From NCBI GenBank assembly GCA_951406725.2, contig OX597816.1:2046001-2110000 (forward strand): a stretch of DNA of 64,000 nucleotides. The letters run 5' to 3'. Below, piece after piece: positions 26,495 through 39,388 of this stretch (the stretch's first letter is position 1; the number at the start of each line of letters is the position of its first letter). This DNA is from Octopus vulgaris. Taxonomy: Eukaryota. Under the pieces are notes generated by a model that was not told the DNA's origin, ran no database searches, and saw nothing but the letters and a program-made list of their open reading frames with translations. A program made the position numbers and the translations under genes.

Positions 26495-26872
26495 ACAGAA
26501 AGAAGCTTGAGAATTAATCCTAAGAAGAAAGTTGTTGATTGACTCATCTTCCAGTTCCTTTAGTTCCAATAATTTTAATTGGTCTGCAATTAACAGTCTC
26601 TCCTTCAGCTTTATTAGTTGTTGCAATGCATTCATTATTTATTGGTATGTTGCGTTCTGAAGACTTACCAGGAAAAGAATATCTTTTAACTTCATTATGG
26701 CTTCAACTCCACAGGTAGAAAGCAGTGACGTCTTCTTTTTGACATGTTCAACATTGTTGCATTCAGTTTTTGCTTTGAGCTGCATCAGCCAGGCGTTAGC
26801 TTCTTCCAAGTTGTTCAAGTTTAAATGTTTTCCGGATGTCATCCTCATTGCCATATATTGTGTTTCACTCAT
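26489..26872 (-). pseudogene. Degenerate Gypsy gag fragment
   Basis: LLSTCGVEAIMKLKDIL...ATY and ERLLIADQLKLLELKELEDESINNFLLRINSQASFCH match the retrotransposon gag pattern (ES..F..R...A..C). Confidence 0.7.
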
Positions 26873-27184
26873 TTAGAAACTATATTGAATGTTCGTAACT
26901 TCAAGTTATACAGCTCACTTCTAAGGGCCATGCTGTACAGTTCCTAGCATCATCTTCCACATGCGTAGTGGTATCACCCCTTTTATGGCTGCCAGCTTGT
27001 TCATCTCTCATCTCATGATTTTCATGAGGTTGCACAAGACTTCGCTTGATAGTTCTACATAATATATCAGGATATCAAAATCAACAACCCAATGCAACTA
27101 TCACAGTAATCTTCCAAATAACATCACACCAATCATGAAATATCTAAATAACAACATTGCTTGAGATATATATATATATATATA

Positions 27185-27435
27185 TCATCATCATCATCAT
27201 CATTTAACGTCTGTTTTCCATGCTAGCATGGCTTGGACGGTTTGACTGGGGTCTGGTAAGCCATGGAGGCTGCACCAGGCTCTAGTTTGATTTGGCAGTG
27301 TTTCTACAGCTGGATGCCCTTCCTAACACCAACCACTCCATGAGTGTAGTGGGTGATTTTTATGTGCCACCGGCACAGGGCCAAAGCAAGCTGGCAAACG
27401 TCCACGATCAGTTGGTGCTTTTACGTGTCACCGAC
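27185..27435 (-). mobile_element. RTE-type 3' end repeat (family B)
   Basis: (CAT)n TTTAACGTCTGTTTTCCATGCTAGCATGG and the conserved body. Confidence 0.8.
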
Positions 27436-27468
27436 ACACGCACGCATGAACGAACGCACGCACGCACG

Positions 27469-27510
<42 letters not shown>

Positions 27511-28181
27511 AACTTTTGTTAGTCACAGAACAATAAACAATGCCAACAGTAGTTATATTTTCAAATATCTTTAAAATTCTACAGAGAATAGTAAAATACA
27601 AAGCTGTCATTGACATGGCCATAGCTTGTTACTATCAGTATGTGTTGAAGAAGGAAGTTCACTTTTAAAAAATATCTCACGCTATTTTGTCTTGGCTCAA
27701 CAGTAAACTAGTTATTGGTGTAAAAAAAAATGAAATCTACCTAAAATGCTTAGGTGAACAAAATAAACAATTACTATCACCAAGTGTTTTCCCACCACAC
27801 TACAATTCCCATAGTTTTAAAATGTTGCCACTATTTAAATTGCATGCAGAGAAAAAAAATGTCTTGCAGTAAACTATTTTAGTTTTAGTACTTCTGGATT
27901 TATTCTTGTTTTATTAATTTAAAAAAAACACATTTTATAGTATGTGATGGCTTGAACTGTGCAAGCATGGAAATTGTGTTTAAAATTGATGACAATGCCC
28001 TGCTTCCAACTCTTAATTTAGAATATTTGATATAAACTTTTGCAGTAGGTGCTTTGTAACAGTATGATGTATGTCACTTCATTTTGTTGCTAAGGCTTTT
28101 AGCAAAGACATGAATATCACATAGTTTAATTTTCTTTGACTCTACACATTTGATGCCTCATGGCTCTGTAAGAAAAAATGC

Positions 28182-28748
28182 TGTAACGAACTTAGTGTTA
28201 ATATCTTCTCTTGTACTTTCGGGGTACAAGAAAGCAATCACTATCCGTTGCTCTAAAATCCAGATTCTCTACCAGTCAGAAACAACAAGACGCAGACGTA
28301 AAAGATATATGTACTACTTTATTCTCTAATGTGGTAACAGTAACAATAAGTGGTTATCTGGTATCCCTTTGGTATAAATGTGTCGTGCTGAACCTTATCT
28401 CTGTAAAATAAGAAAGTGTTCAAATGCAAAACGACACTGGTCAAAGATGGCGGCGAACAATGGAGACGATGTTGGTCTGCAACAATTTGGTTAAAGGCCT
28501 TTTGGTAAGGTGCTGCTAGAATCAAGTTCAGACGGAGAGAAAATATACGTGACCGTCGCCTTCAGTCGCTGCTGTCTCAAGTCGCTGCTTGCTGGACGCT
28601 GGTGGTCAACGTCTTACTATCCCCTTGCCTCGGCTAACTGCTACGTAGGCAAAAGGGTTCTTCTTCCGGTGCTGAAAGCACCAACTCCGCACGCGCGAAA
28701 TACAAATGGACGGTGCGCGAGCGCGCGCCGTTGTATAGGATCACTACA
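28182..28748 (-). mobile_element. Solo LTR (567 bp) with 4-bp TSD
   Basis: Termini TGTAACGA...TCACTACA. ATGC duplicated at 28178-28181 and 28749-28752. CpG-rich relative to flanks. AATAAA on - strand near 28320. Confidence 0.8.
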
Positions 28749-29685
28749 ATGCTTTTTTTTTCTATTTTACCTAAACCAGCATTCTTGAAGTTGTTAGTCA
28801 TTAAGTTAGCTTTGATTGAGTAGACTTATGGTATTTCTTTTAATCATGACCATTTTGTCTCTTATTTAGTCAAAGTGTATCTAGGACTACATTAGCCTTT
28901 TTTTTTAAGGTGTTAGTATATGATTTGAGCCAGTTTTGACTGCAATTTTTAACAGCTTTGTGGCTGAGCAGATTATTTTAGTAATCTGACTATGTCTATG
29001 CCAATAATAGCTGGTTTTTATTGAAGGGCAAAGACCCAAAACATCAGACTTTACCCTCCACATAGTCATCAACTTTTGATGAACTCTTCTTTGGGCCAAT
29101 TGTTGCTGATATGAAACTTTGCCAGTTATATTTAGATTCCAGGGTTTATACTCTTAGAATTTTTGGTGAACTTGTGAGATTTCTTACAGTTTCTAACCTT
29201 GTCATGTCACCAAAGACTGGATCTTCATGAAGCTTGTGTCACATTTCTAGTTATAAACTGTTTTATCTTCACAAGACCTCATTAACATTTTTTCTCTATG
29301 AATATTAAGATATTGTCAATGAAATGTGTCAACAACCATTGTCAAATTGACTAACATATATTTTGATTATTTTTTCATTCATAAATTTTTCAATGACAAA
29401 AAGTACTTCAGTCTCTTGTCCACAGATATGCTATCTCCCCGCCTTCTCTCTTACTTTCTGTTTCTGCTGTAGCCCTTATTCTTTGGAACTGGCTGCCATA
29501 ACCTTTCAGGCACTTCGAATTCTCTTTTCTCTCCTCCTCCTCCTCATATCAACCATATTATGTCCTCACTGACAACTAACCCAGTCCTCCTACCTCAGAA
29601 TGCTGATCTGGTAAAATTCCTTTTCATGCATATTTTTCCTGCAGTCATTTATTTAAGATTGTTCACAAATGTTAACTAACATATA

Positions 29686-30094
29686 GGCGCAGGAGTGGCT
29701 GTGTGGTAAGTAGCTTGCTAACCAACCACATGGTTCAGGGTTCAGTCCCACTGCGTGGCACTTTGGGCAAGTATCTTCTACTATAGCCCCGGGCCGACCA
29801 ATGCCTTGTGAGTGGATTTGGTAGACGGAAACTGAAAGAAGCCTGTCGTATATATATATGTATATGTGTGTGTGTGTTTGTGTGTCTGTGTTTGTCCCCC
29901 TAGCATTGCCTGACAACCGATGCTGGTGTGTTTACGTCTCCGTTACTGAGCGGTTCGGCAAAAGAGACCGATAGAATAAGTACTGGGCTTACAAAGAATA
30001 AGTCCCGGGGTCGAGTTGCTCGACTAAAGGCGGTGCTCCAGCATGGCCACAGTCAAATGACTGAAACAAGTAAAAGAGTAAAAGAGAGAGAGAG
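29686..30094 (+). mobile_element. Full-length tRNA-derived SINE, family A
   Basis: Near-identical to 18715-19125. Confidence 0.9.
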
Positions 30095-30738
30095 TAACCA
30101 CTCCCTCTAATATCCGAGTGGTTGTAAAAGCCATAGGTACAACTACTTTAGCCTGACCCTAAAATCAAACAAACAATGCTTTAGATGGGAGGTTTTGTTA
30201 ACTGAATCAATTTTTATTTTCTAAATTTTGTAGCTCTGAAAGTTTCTGTTAATAAGTCTGATTGCTTGGGAATGATATTTTGTTAGGAATTTGGTTGCTA
30301 AGCATTAGATACTAAATTCCTTAATTACAGTTTTGGTGAGCTTATTAGGCATCATTACAGATATTTTTTTTTTTGTTATGAGGATGGTCATCCTTTTTGT
30401 GATTTTGTGCTTGTTTGTCTAATTATTTGTAGTTAGTATTCCATTCAACTTATGTGAAACCCATCTTACTTCATTTCTACTGACTATGAGTAAGCTTCTT
30501 TGGATTAACACCCACACAGATATTGACATGAAAACATATGGAATTAATGATATAGTTACTAAATATACGTACAGACCCACCACTTGAATTTTCTTCACAC
30601 ATTTACATAGAGAACAAGAGAGGAGAGATGAGTATGCCTAGTGTAAAAATATTTTAAACCTTAACTATTAAAAGAAGTTACTATATATCTCTCTCTTTTT
30701 TTTTTTCTGATCTCAATATCTGCTTTTCATGGTTGAAG

Positions 30739-30767
30739 CTAAAAACATGTTCACTACAAACACACCT
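30739..30767 (+). CDS. Candidate 29-nt microexon (phase 1 to 0: xKNMFTTNTP)
   Basis: Long AG-free pyrimidine tract with TGC about 18 nt upstream, first AG at 30737-30738, perfect donor GTAAGT. Confidence 0.45.
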
Positions 30768-31291
30768 GTAAGTTTACATTATACACCTCTATTCATTTAC
30801 ACACTGTGTAATGCTGCTCATTACATTTCATCAATCAACTCTCTACACATGTATGTCTGTTACATGTTTGCAGGAACCTTATATATTAATAATAGCATTA
30901 TTGTTCATGACATGACCTCTCTTCATTGCATAAACTAATATTTACATTTGGTGCAGATATTGCTTTGTGGTTAAGAAGTTCACTTACTAAACCACATAGT
31001 TTCAGGTTCATTCTCACTGTGAAGCTTCTTGGGGAAATGTCTTTCTACTATAGCCATGGCCAACCAAAGCTTTGGGAGTGGATTTGCTAGACAAATCTGC
31101 TCACAAGAAAATATTGCTTTGCTTGGAAACAATTGAAGGTTGGCAAGAGAATGAGTATCTTTCTGTAGAAAATCTACCTCAGGGAATTGTGACACATGCA
31201 AGCATGGAAAGTGGATCCTGTGATGATGAACGTGTATTTTTATGCCTTGAAAATATGCCTTTATCTTTCTCTGTGTGTGTTTGTGTGTATA

Positions 31292-32182
31292 TGAGGTGGT
31301 ATCAAAAAATTTCTGAACTAGTTTTTTTTTATAAAAGATAACTTTTTACTTAAGTTTTAACATTGTCTCCTTCAAAATAATCACTTTGCACTGCAATACA
31401 CCGATCCTAGTGTGCTCCTTGTGGAATCTGGCCTGCAAGTAGTTTTCCTTAAGTGAGTTGAAAACCAGCAATTTGCTCTTGATCTTGACAGCAGTGTTAA
31501 AATGGTGACCTTTGAGCTGCATTTTTATCTTGGAGAAGAGATGGAAGTCTGCAGGTGCTAAATCTGATGAATACGTGGGTGCAGAAGCGATACCATGTTG
31601 TTTTTGGTGAGAAACTCATAAGTGAGGGGAGCTCAGTGAGAAAATCCAATTCTTTGCGCTCTATAGATCCGGTTGGTTTCATCGAATATCCTCTATCAAG
31701 TGCTTCAAAACGTCACGGTATAGCTCTTGATTGATGGTCTGGCCCTGGTGGACAAATATGCAATGCACAACACCATGGATGTCAAAAGAAGAAAACCATG
31801 AGCATGCTCTTGATTGAGCTGCTGCTCTGGCATGCTTTTTAAAGTGCCAGTGCCACTCAAAGCATTGCGTATGATCCATCGCCTCATTGCCATAAACCTG
31901 CTGATGCATGCTCAATATCTCTGTAGCAGACTTCCCAAGTTTTATGCAAGATTTCACATTGACACTTTGTTCCAACTTCCTGTCCATCACAAAAATCACA
32001 GACTACAGCATACAAGTGATCACAAAAACACACATTTCACAACTTGTGAAGTAAACCCAGCAATGTCACTCATTATACTGCCTCATGAAGGTCACTGCTA
32101 GCTCTCACTGCACATGCAACCATATGCTGCCATCTGTTGGTGCACTACAGAAATAGTCTGGGATCTTTTTGATACCACTTTG
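31292..32182 (-). mobile_element. Internally deleted, degenerate mariner element
   Basis: Imperfect TIRs (GGTGGTATCAAAAA / TTTTTGATACCAC) with flanking TA. Peptides EQSVNVKSCIKLGKSATE, FDIHGVVH...GQTINQELY and SDLAPADF. Confidence 0.88.
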
Positions 32183-33315
32183 TATATATATTTCCCATCA
32201 GTTTCACCGAGTGACAAGTCTAGTGGTTTAATTATAACCAGCTTAGATTATAATCTAAATGACTGAATAGTCCACAGATCTTTGTAGTCCTTAACATGGT
32301 ATCATGCTGAGTGTGCCTCAAGACTAGACTTATCACACAACATTGTATCACAAGACTGGACTTGTCATTTGGTCTTATGTTGGACTTTCGAGTTACAGGT
32401 ACAGTTCATATATGATAGGCACTCACACAATTTCCATTCAGCCAATTACACTTGCAAGTCTTGAGTTGATCCAAGGCTATAACCGGAAATATATATATTT
32501 GGTTGGTTTAACGTCCATTTTTTCATGCTAGCATGAGTTAGATGTTTATATTGCAGCATTTTTTAAAGCTTAATGCTCTTCTTGTTGCTAACTCTTACCT
32601 AATTTTTAAGTAAAGGAGCTCTTATTTCATATGCCACTGAAGCTGTACAGCCAATGGAAAATTTGTTGATGGGAGAAACAACATCACTGCTTGTAGATTA
32701 CGATTTTTGGAGACACCCTAATGTAAGCAAACATACATACACACACATACATATACACATTGACTGGATTCAAGCTATAGTCTGATATTTAAAAACTAAT
32801 ACTAGTAACTCTCTTATCAACTGTGTCACTGATGCTAGTTGAATCCAGAGTATTACAATATTCAGATGTAAGAATAAGATACCTTATAATGATCAGAAAT
32901 AAGCCAAAATCAAAACGGTTTCCCTTCTAAAAGTGAGGTAAATTGTCTGAAAATATTAGATGTTATTACAAAGTATTATATTGTAAATCATCATCATCAT
33001 CATCATCATCATTTAGCGTCCGTTTTCCATGCTAGCATGGGTTTGACGGTTCATGTTCATTAACCACACCCATACAATTGCATGTGACCATTTTCTCTTA
33101 CATAAAAGTTTCATGCAATCCACTTTACAGTTAACTGAACTCATCAGCAAGTCTAAAATAATAAAATGTTTGTTTGGATATTTAAGTGTTGAAAGCCTTT
33201 GACTCATCATGCAGTTGATGATGTATCTACATTAAGTATTAAATAGTTTTGTCTAGAAGTTAATCGGCAGAAACTGTATGTTGGCAAATTGAGATGATAT
33301 CTGATTTTTGTTTAG

Positions 33316-33339
33316 ACTTTGAGTGATGCATACTCAAAG
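33316..33339 (+). CDS. Candidate 24-nt microexon (TLSDAYSK, phase 0)
   Basis: Acceptor CTGATTTTTGTTTAG, donor AAG|GTAGGA, frame-preserving. Confidence 0.4.
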
Positions 33340-34839
33340 GTAGGAGATAGATGATGAGGAGTCTTTCTGAGTGACAGAAAACTCAGAACATAGATCATTT
33401 CTAAATGTGGGTGCTCTTTCTATAATTGCTCATGTGGTGTTCATGTTTGCTCTTACATTCTTTGATTTCCAAATGTGTTTGGCTAGTGCTGTGGGTTTTT
33501 TTTTTGCCTTGGTGGTAGTGACAGAACAAACTGTTGTTGGTGCAGCTGATGACAGAGATGCCTTACAGTATATCTTCTGGCTCGCTATGTTCTGAGTTCA
33601 AATCCCATCTGCCTATGGAAGGCAACCACACTCGTATTTATCTCAGTCATAGTAGTGAAAGTTCCAGTAATCTACTTAATGGTGGCCCTCCCAAGTCATT
33701 TTATATATAGAGAGTGCGGGAGAAGTCTCACATGCACAGAACTTGCCCAAGACATCACCACTGGACATAAACGCTATGTTATAAAATGGAAAGCATTAAC
33801 CACAACAACACTTTACTTCAAAGTACAGAATACACCCGTGTATGTATGTGACCACTGGTACTGGTACCACAAAGATACAAATTCCATTGATGTTCATATC
33901 AATCTGTAATTATAGTTTTTATCACTTTATCTGGTTCATTTTATATCATGTTTTGTTTTTGTTGTGTTTCTATTACTTATGATACGCTGTAAAGAACAAT
34001 ATTTTACTGAAATCTTATCTGGCAGCTGGGAACAAACGTTAATCTTGTTTTGTTGTTCCAAAATCTGAAGTTTTATCTACTTAAAACGTAGTGAATGTAA
34101 TGTAATGTAAATAGTTAGAACAGTTGGTAATGACATATAGACAGATTATTATTGGGTATGAGTGAACTCATTATTGAACTTGTTAGGAGACATTCCATTT
34201 ATTGTTTGGAAATTCTGATAGGATTAGATCAAGGCAGTGCTACTGGATAACATTTCCAATGATTTCTGAAAGAGTGAAAGAAAAACGGAAGCCACTTTAG
34301 TGTTGTTTCCTATGTGAGAGTGAAACCAATCAGAGAGCTGTCATGACATTTTCCAAGACAAGTGGTTGAGTTAGTAAGAGAGAGAAAAAAAAAACGAAAA
34401 AAATGTGACAATCTGAAAGATTATAGTGTGAGAGTGAAAAAAAAAAAGTGAGGTGGGGGGGGGGCAGAGAAGTGATAATCTTTCCAATAATGGTGTCATG
34501 ACTAAGAACATCAGGTGTTATATTTTGATAAAGCAGGCTTCAACAACAACAACAACAGCATAATTTTCATTGATAAAAATGCTTGTCTAATTTAAACCAG
34601 TGTAAAACTTTGCTTTTAATCTGATGCTGATCGTAGTGTCAACTTGATGACCTTTTTCAGTGAAGGTTTGCCTTCATTTGTGTACAATTCTCAGTTCAGA
34701 TATGAAACTTGTCAGTTAGAATTCAAATTAAAAAAAAAAATTACCTATTTTTTTTCTTTTTCTTTTCTTCGCAATATTCAGCCAAGCAGTTGTTTCATTC
34801 CCCAGATAATGTGACAGAAACTATTTCATGTGTGTATGT

Positions 34840-34892
<53 letters not shown>

Positions 34893-36228
34893 TACACACG
34901 CATACACACTTGATCATAGAATATGACAGAATTGCAGAAGTAAAAGTGTTTAGCAGCTGAACTGTAAAACTATATTTGGATATATTTAAATTTTAAGCTG
35001 CTTCTATTGTCATGATAAACATCTTAGAAGTATTTTCTTATATATGTTTCCTTTTTTTTTTATATATATATAAAATAATTTTGCAGCTATGGTTTTTGAA
35101 GATTTTGAAATCTGCCATTTTAAAAGTATATATTTAATTGATTTTTGATATAGCGATATATATATATATATATATAAGTCAATAAGAACATATATGTTTC
35201 ATCATCATTGTTTCAACATTCTAACATGAAATTCCATGCTTGTATGGATCAGATGAAATTCATTGAAGCAGATTTTTTTTCTATGGTTGGATGCCCTTCT
35301 TGCTACCAACAGTCACTTGTTTCCAAGTAAGCTAATATTTGCCCATTGTTGGACATGTTTCCACATCTTATGGTTTACCTTTATACAAGGTAACCATCTG
35401 AAGCAAATTTGACTTTTTGATTTCTTTAGATTTATATTTCTCATTAAATATTTCTTGAAAATCTCTTTAATGCATTTGTAGCTCGTTACTATGAATCATC
35501 TTCATGGGGTGATTTTATGTTCTTCTTAATTATAACTGAGAGATATATATCCAGTAAGCCAGGATACTTTCACCCAATGAAACACAACTAAATTTGGGAT
35601 CGATTACATGCTGGGATTTGATTGGTTTCAAATAGGATCCAGCAAAGAAACTTTTTACATTTGACAAATTCTTCAAAAGCAAACACATGGTATGCACCAC
35701 TTTATATCACCATGGTTACTTAAAAAAGAAGCTTAAAGAATAAAAATAACAACAAAAAATGTTAAAAACATTTGCTACATAAAGACACTACTACCACCTG
35801 CTTAACTTCTCCAATGGCTGTATAAAATATGGGAGGTTTTTCAGCTTCACACTGTATTAAGTTGAACAAATAGTATATTAGCCCCTCCCCTCGAAATAAA
35901 AAGTGTTGTTTAGACCACAAGGTTAATATGGTTTCACAATTATTATTGTCTATTTCTATGTAACAAAATATTGGCAGTTGAAACTTAGTAAATCTTAACC
36001 TTTTATGGTTAATATAGACATATTTTATCATTTCTGTTTATTTCTCTCACCTGAATCTATGTCAGAACTTATCTCACTTTTGTCCTCTGTATCTGCTTTA
36101 ACCATATCTTTAGTAACATCTGGTCTTTGGATGCCAATAGTGAAAGCCATACAACCAAGTTTTCAGTTGAGAATAACTTTTCCCACTTGTCAGAGACCAT
36201 GAAATAGTTTATGGGTACTGCCCTTCCC

Positions 36229-36263
<35 letters not shown>

Positions 36264-36307
36264 AAAATAAAAAAAGGTCTCCTTGTGCAGATTGTTTTAC
36301 ACCTTAA

Positions 36308-36642
36308 TCCTTTTGTTACCATCTTTCTATTGAAATACATTGCCTTTATTTCAATCAATTTTGAAAATAACTTTGCTATCATCAAGCTGGTGGTGTTTGG
36401 AACATAAACTGACCTGAAATTTTGATGGATGCTTTAATTTGGATCACTTTAAAACTAGAACTTAGTGGTTTGGCAAAAGAGACCGATAGAATAAGTACTG
36501 GGCTTACAAAAGAATAAGTCCCGGGGTCGAGTTGCTCGATTAAAGGCGGTGCTCCAGCATGGCTACAGTCAAATGACTAAAACAAGTAAAGAGTAAAATT
36601 ATAGAGCCAAGAGCAGTCTTGGGTAGGTTGCTATCAAAAGGA
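36308..36642. mobile_element. TTAA MITE (family D) containing a 3' fragment of SINE family A (about 36460-36596)
   Basis: TTAA at 36304-36307 and 36643-36646. The insert GACCGATAGAATAAGTACTGGG...ACAAGTAAAGAGT matches the SINE A tail. Confidence 0.75.
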
Positions 36643-38650
36643 TTAAACATTGTATTAATGTATCCAGGGAATCTCCTCATTTATTCTTACTTTCTTCATT
36701 GCTCAGTATTTGGTTTCTTTTGCATTGAGGAACTTTTTGGGATTGGCAATTTTTATTCGTCTCATAGTCACATATCATATGTCAACAACTATTGAAAAGG
36801 TTGCAAGATGCAACATAAGTTTTAGAAAAACAAATAAATAAATGAGTGGAAATTGTACCGGTGTGTGTGTGTGTGTGTTATAAATTATAAGGCACTAAAA
36901 GAGAATGACTCTCCTCCAACACAACAGATTATCATTGTTTTAATGTCTATTTTGTTCCATGCTTTCATGAGTCAGACAAGAATAAGTTTGAACAGAGACT
37001 TTCTAAGGCCAGATGCCTTTCCTATCCCCAGCCTTTCTACAATCTCCCTATCTATCGTATAGCGGAACATGTTTCACGTGAAGAACTGGAAACAAACAAC
37101 AGCCTATGACTGAGCTTTTTTCTCTACAAAGATCATTGAACATGTCAAAACACCAAGAAGCCCAGGAATACTTTTGTAGTGGACAGTAATCAAATAAGTG
37201 TCAGGAAGGCATTGTTTACAAGCCAGTGAATGTGAGGGAAATATGAAGTCACTCACACACACACAATGGGCTTCTTTCACTCTCTATCTCTTGAATACTC
37301 TCACAAAGGTTTTAATTGGCTAATTTGCCCAGCACCATATTAGAAGACACCTCCCCAAGGTACCTTGCAATGGGAGTGAATCTGAAATTTTATGGTTTGG
37401 AAGAAATCTTCTTAAACATGCAGCCATGCCTATATATATATATATATATTCCTTATTGCTAATAGAGCTAATTTAATTTTTTTTATTTGTTTGCAAATAT
37501 AGTCTATTTTCATTTAACCTCATTAGAATGACAAATTAGTAAGCTGATTTGCTGAACTCTACAGTACTTAAATATTTAGACTAAAATGAGTGACAGGCTA
37601 AAAAGGAGTAAATAAATAAATAAAAAAAACTACATGTGTATTAAGAACACTTAGGTATTTTAACTAATATAGTACAATTGTTCACAAATCTTTGGAGACT
37701 GACATGTATTTGACACGTAGTCTTCTTAGAAATTATTAGACTTGCTTAAATATACAGCAGTTTCAATATTGTTATTATTGTTATTGTATATGAATTATCT
37801 AAATACTATTTACTTCTTAAATCTACAAACTCAGGATGTTCTATGTTAACAGCTTTAGTTGTTTGGTAGTTAGTTACAAAATAACATCTGCAGATGGGGA
37901 GATGACATTCTGTAACTAAGAAGCATTGAGACTATGTAAACACATTTTTAACATTTTTAATTATCTAATCTGTACTCGTTAAACAAATATAAATTTCATC
38001 TTTTTTGATGAGTAATGTTAATTAGTAATGCTTAAAAAATAAAAATTTGTTGTTGGTATGTTGGAAATAGATGTTTTGAAGATGGTACGGAACTCAAACA
38101 AGTTAAACAATTCTCCTCCTCATCATTTTAACATCTTTTCTTTGCTTGCGTAGGTCACACACAGTTTATTGAGGCAGATTTTCTGTATGGATGCCCTTCC
38201 ATAGCCAACTCTCACTTGTTTCCAACCAAAGTAATATTCCTTGTGGCTAGACATGTTTTCATATGATATCGTTTATGTGACAGCGTCACTTGCTTACAAC
38301 TATCATGCCATGTCAACACAAGGACACACACACACACACATAGTGGGCTTCTTTCAGTTTCCTTCTACCAACTCTATTCACAAGGCTTTGGTTGGCCAGG
38401 AGCTATGGTAGAAGACACTTGCCAAAAATGCCACACATTGGGGCTGGACCTAAAAATCATGTGGTTGGGAAGCAAACTTCTCAATCACACTCTCTTTACT
38501 CTTTCTCTCTCTACCAATATTATTTTTTGTTGTTGTTGCTTTGACTTAAGCAGTAGAAATCATGGTTGCTCAATAGAAAGAATAGTTTTGGATTTGCTCC
38601 AGTTAAGTGTACGAAGTATAAATCCGTTAATTACCATATTTTTTTTTATT

Positions 38651-39033
38651 GGTACGTAAAAAGCACTAACCGAATCGTGGCCGATGCCAGCGCCGCCTCG
38701 ACTGGCTAACGTGCCGGTGGCACGTAAAAAGCACCATCCGAATCGTGGCCGAAGCCAGTGCCGCCTCGACTGGCTTCTGTGCCGGTGGCACGTAAAAAGC
38801 ACCATCCAAATCGCGGCCGAAGCCAGTGCCGCCTCGACTGGCTTCTGTGCAGGTGGCACGTAAAAGCACCCACTACACTCACGGAGTGGTTGGTGTTAGG
38901 AAGGGCATCCAGCTGTAGAAACATTGCCAGATCAGACTGGAGCCTGGTGCAGCCTTCTGGCTTCCCAGATCCCCGGTCGAACCGTCCAACCCATGCTAGC
39001 ATGGAGAATGGACGTTAAACGATGATGATGATG
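38651..39033 (+). mobile_element. RTE-type 3' end repeat (family B) with a 68-bp tandem array
   Basis: GG(C/T)ACGTAAAA(A)GCAC units at 38651, 38719, 38787 and 38855. End CCATGCTAGCATGG...(GAT)n. Confidence 0.88.
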
Positions 39034-39388
39034 TAGTCCTAGATGCACTGTCTAAATTAAAGATGAGATGGTCTTGGCTGGATAGCCATTGATTATAGGT
39101 TCCCTGGATCCTGCTGCAAAATAACAAAAGCAATCGCTTACAATGATGTCTGAAGTAAAGTCTATAGTCAAATAAATCCTACTTACGAATCTTTGTTCTT
39201 CTATTGTTTGTTATGGTACAAAGGAGAAAAATACATTTAATACTTTTTAAGCATTATACTTTTTGATAATTATGATAATGAAATATAGCTTTATCATATC
39301 TCTCTCTCTCTCTCTCTGTATATATATATATATATAACCCGTGCTAGCGCGGAAAACGGACATTAAACGATGATGATATACACACACA

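Noticed and set aside
38651-38870. Repeat-spacer look, CRISPR-like
   Set aside because: Units are near-identical tandem copies inside a eukaryotic retroposon; no unique spacers or cas genes.
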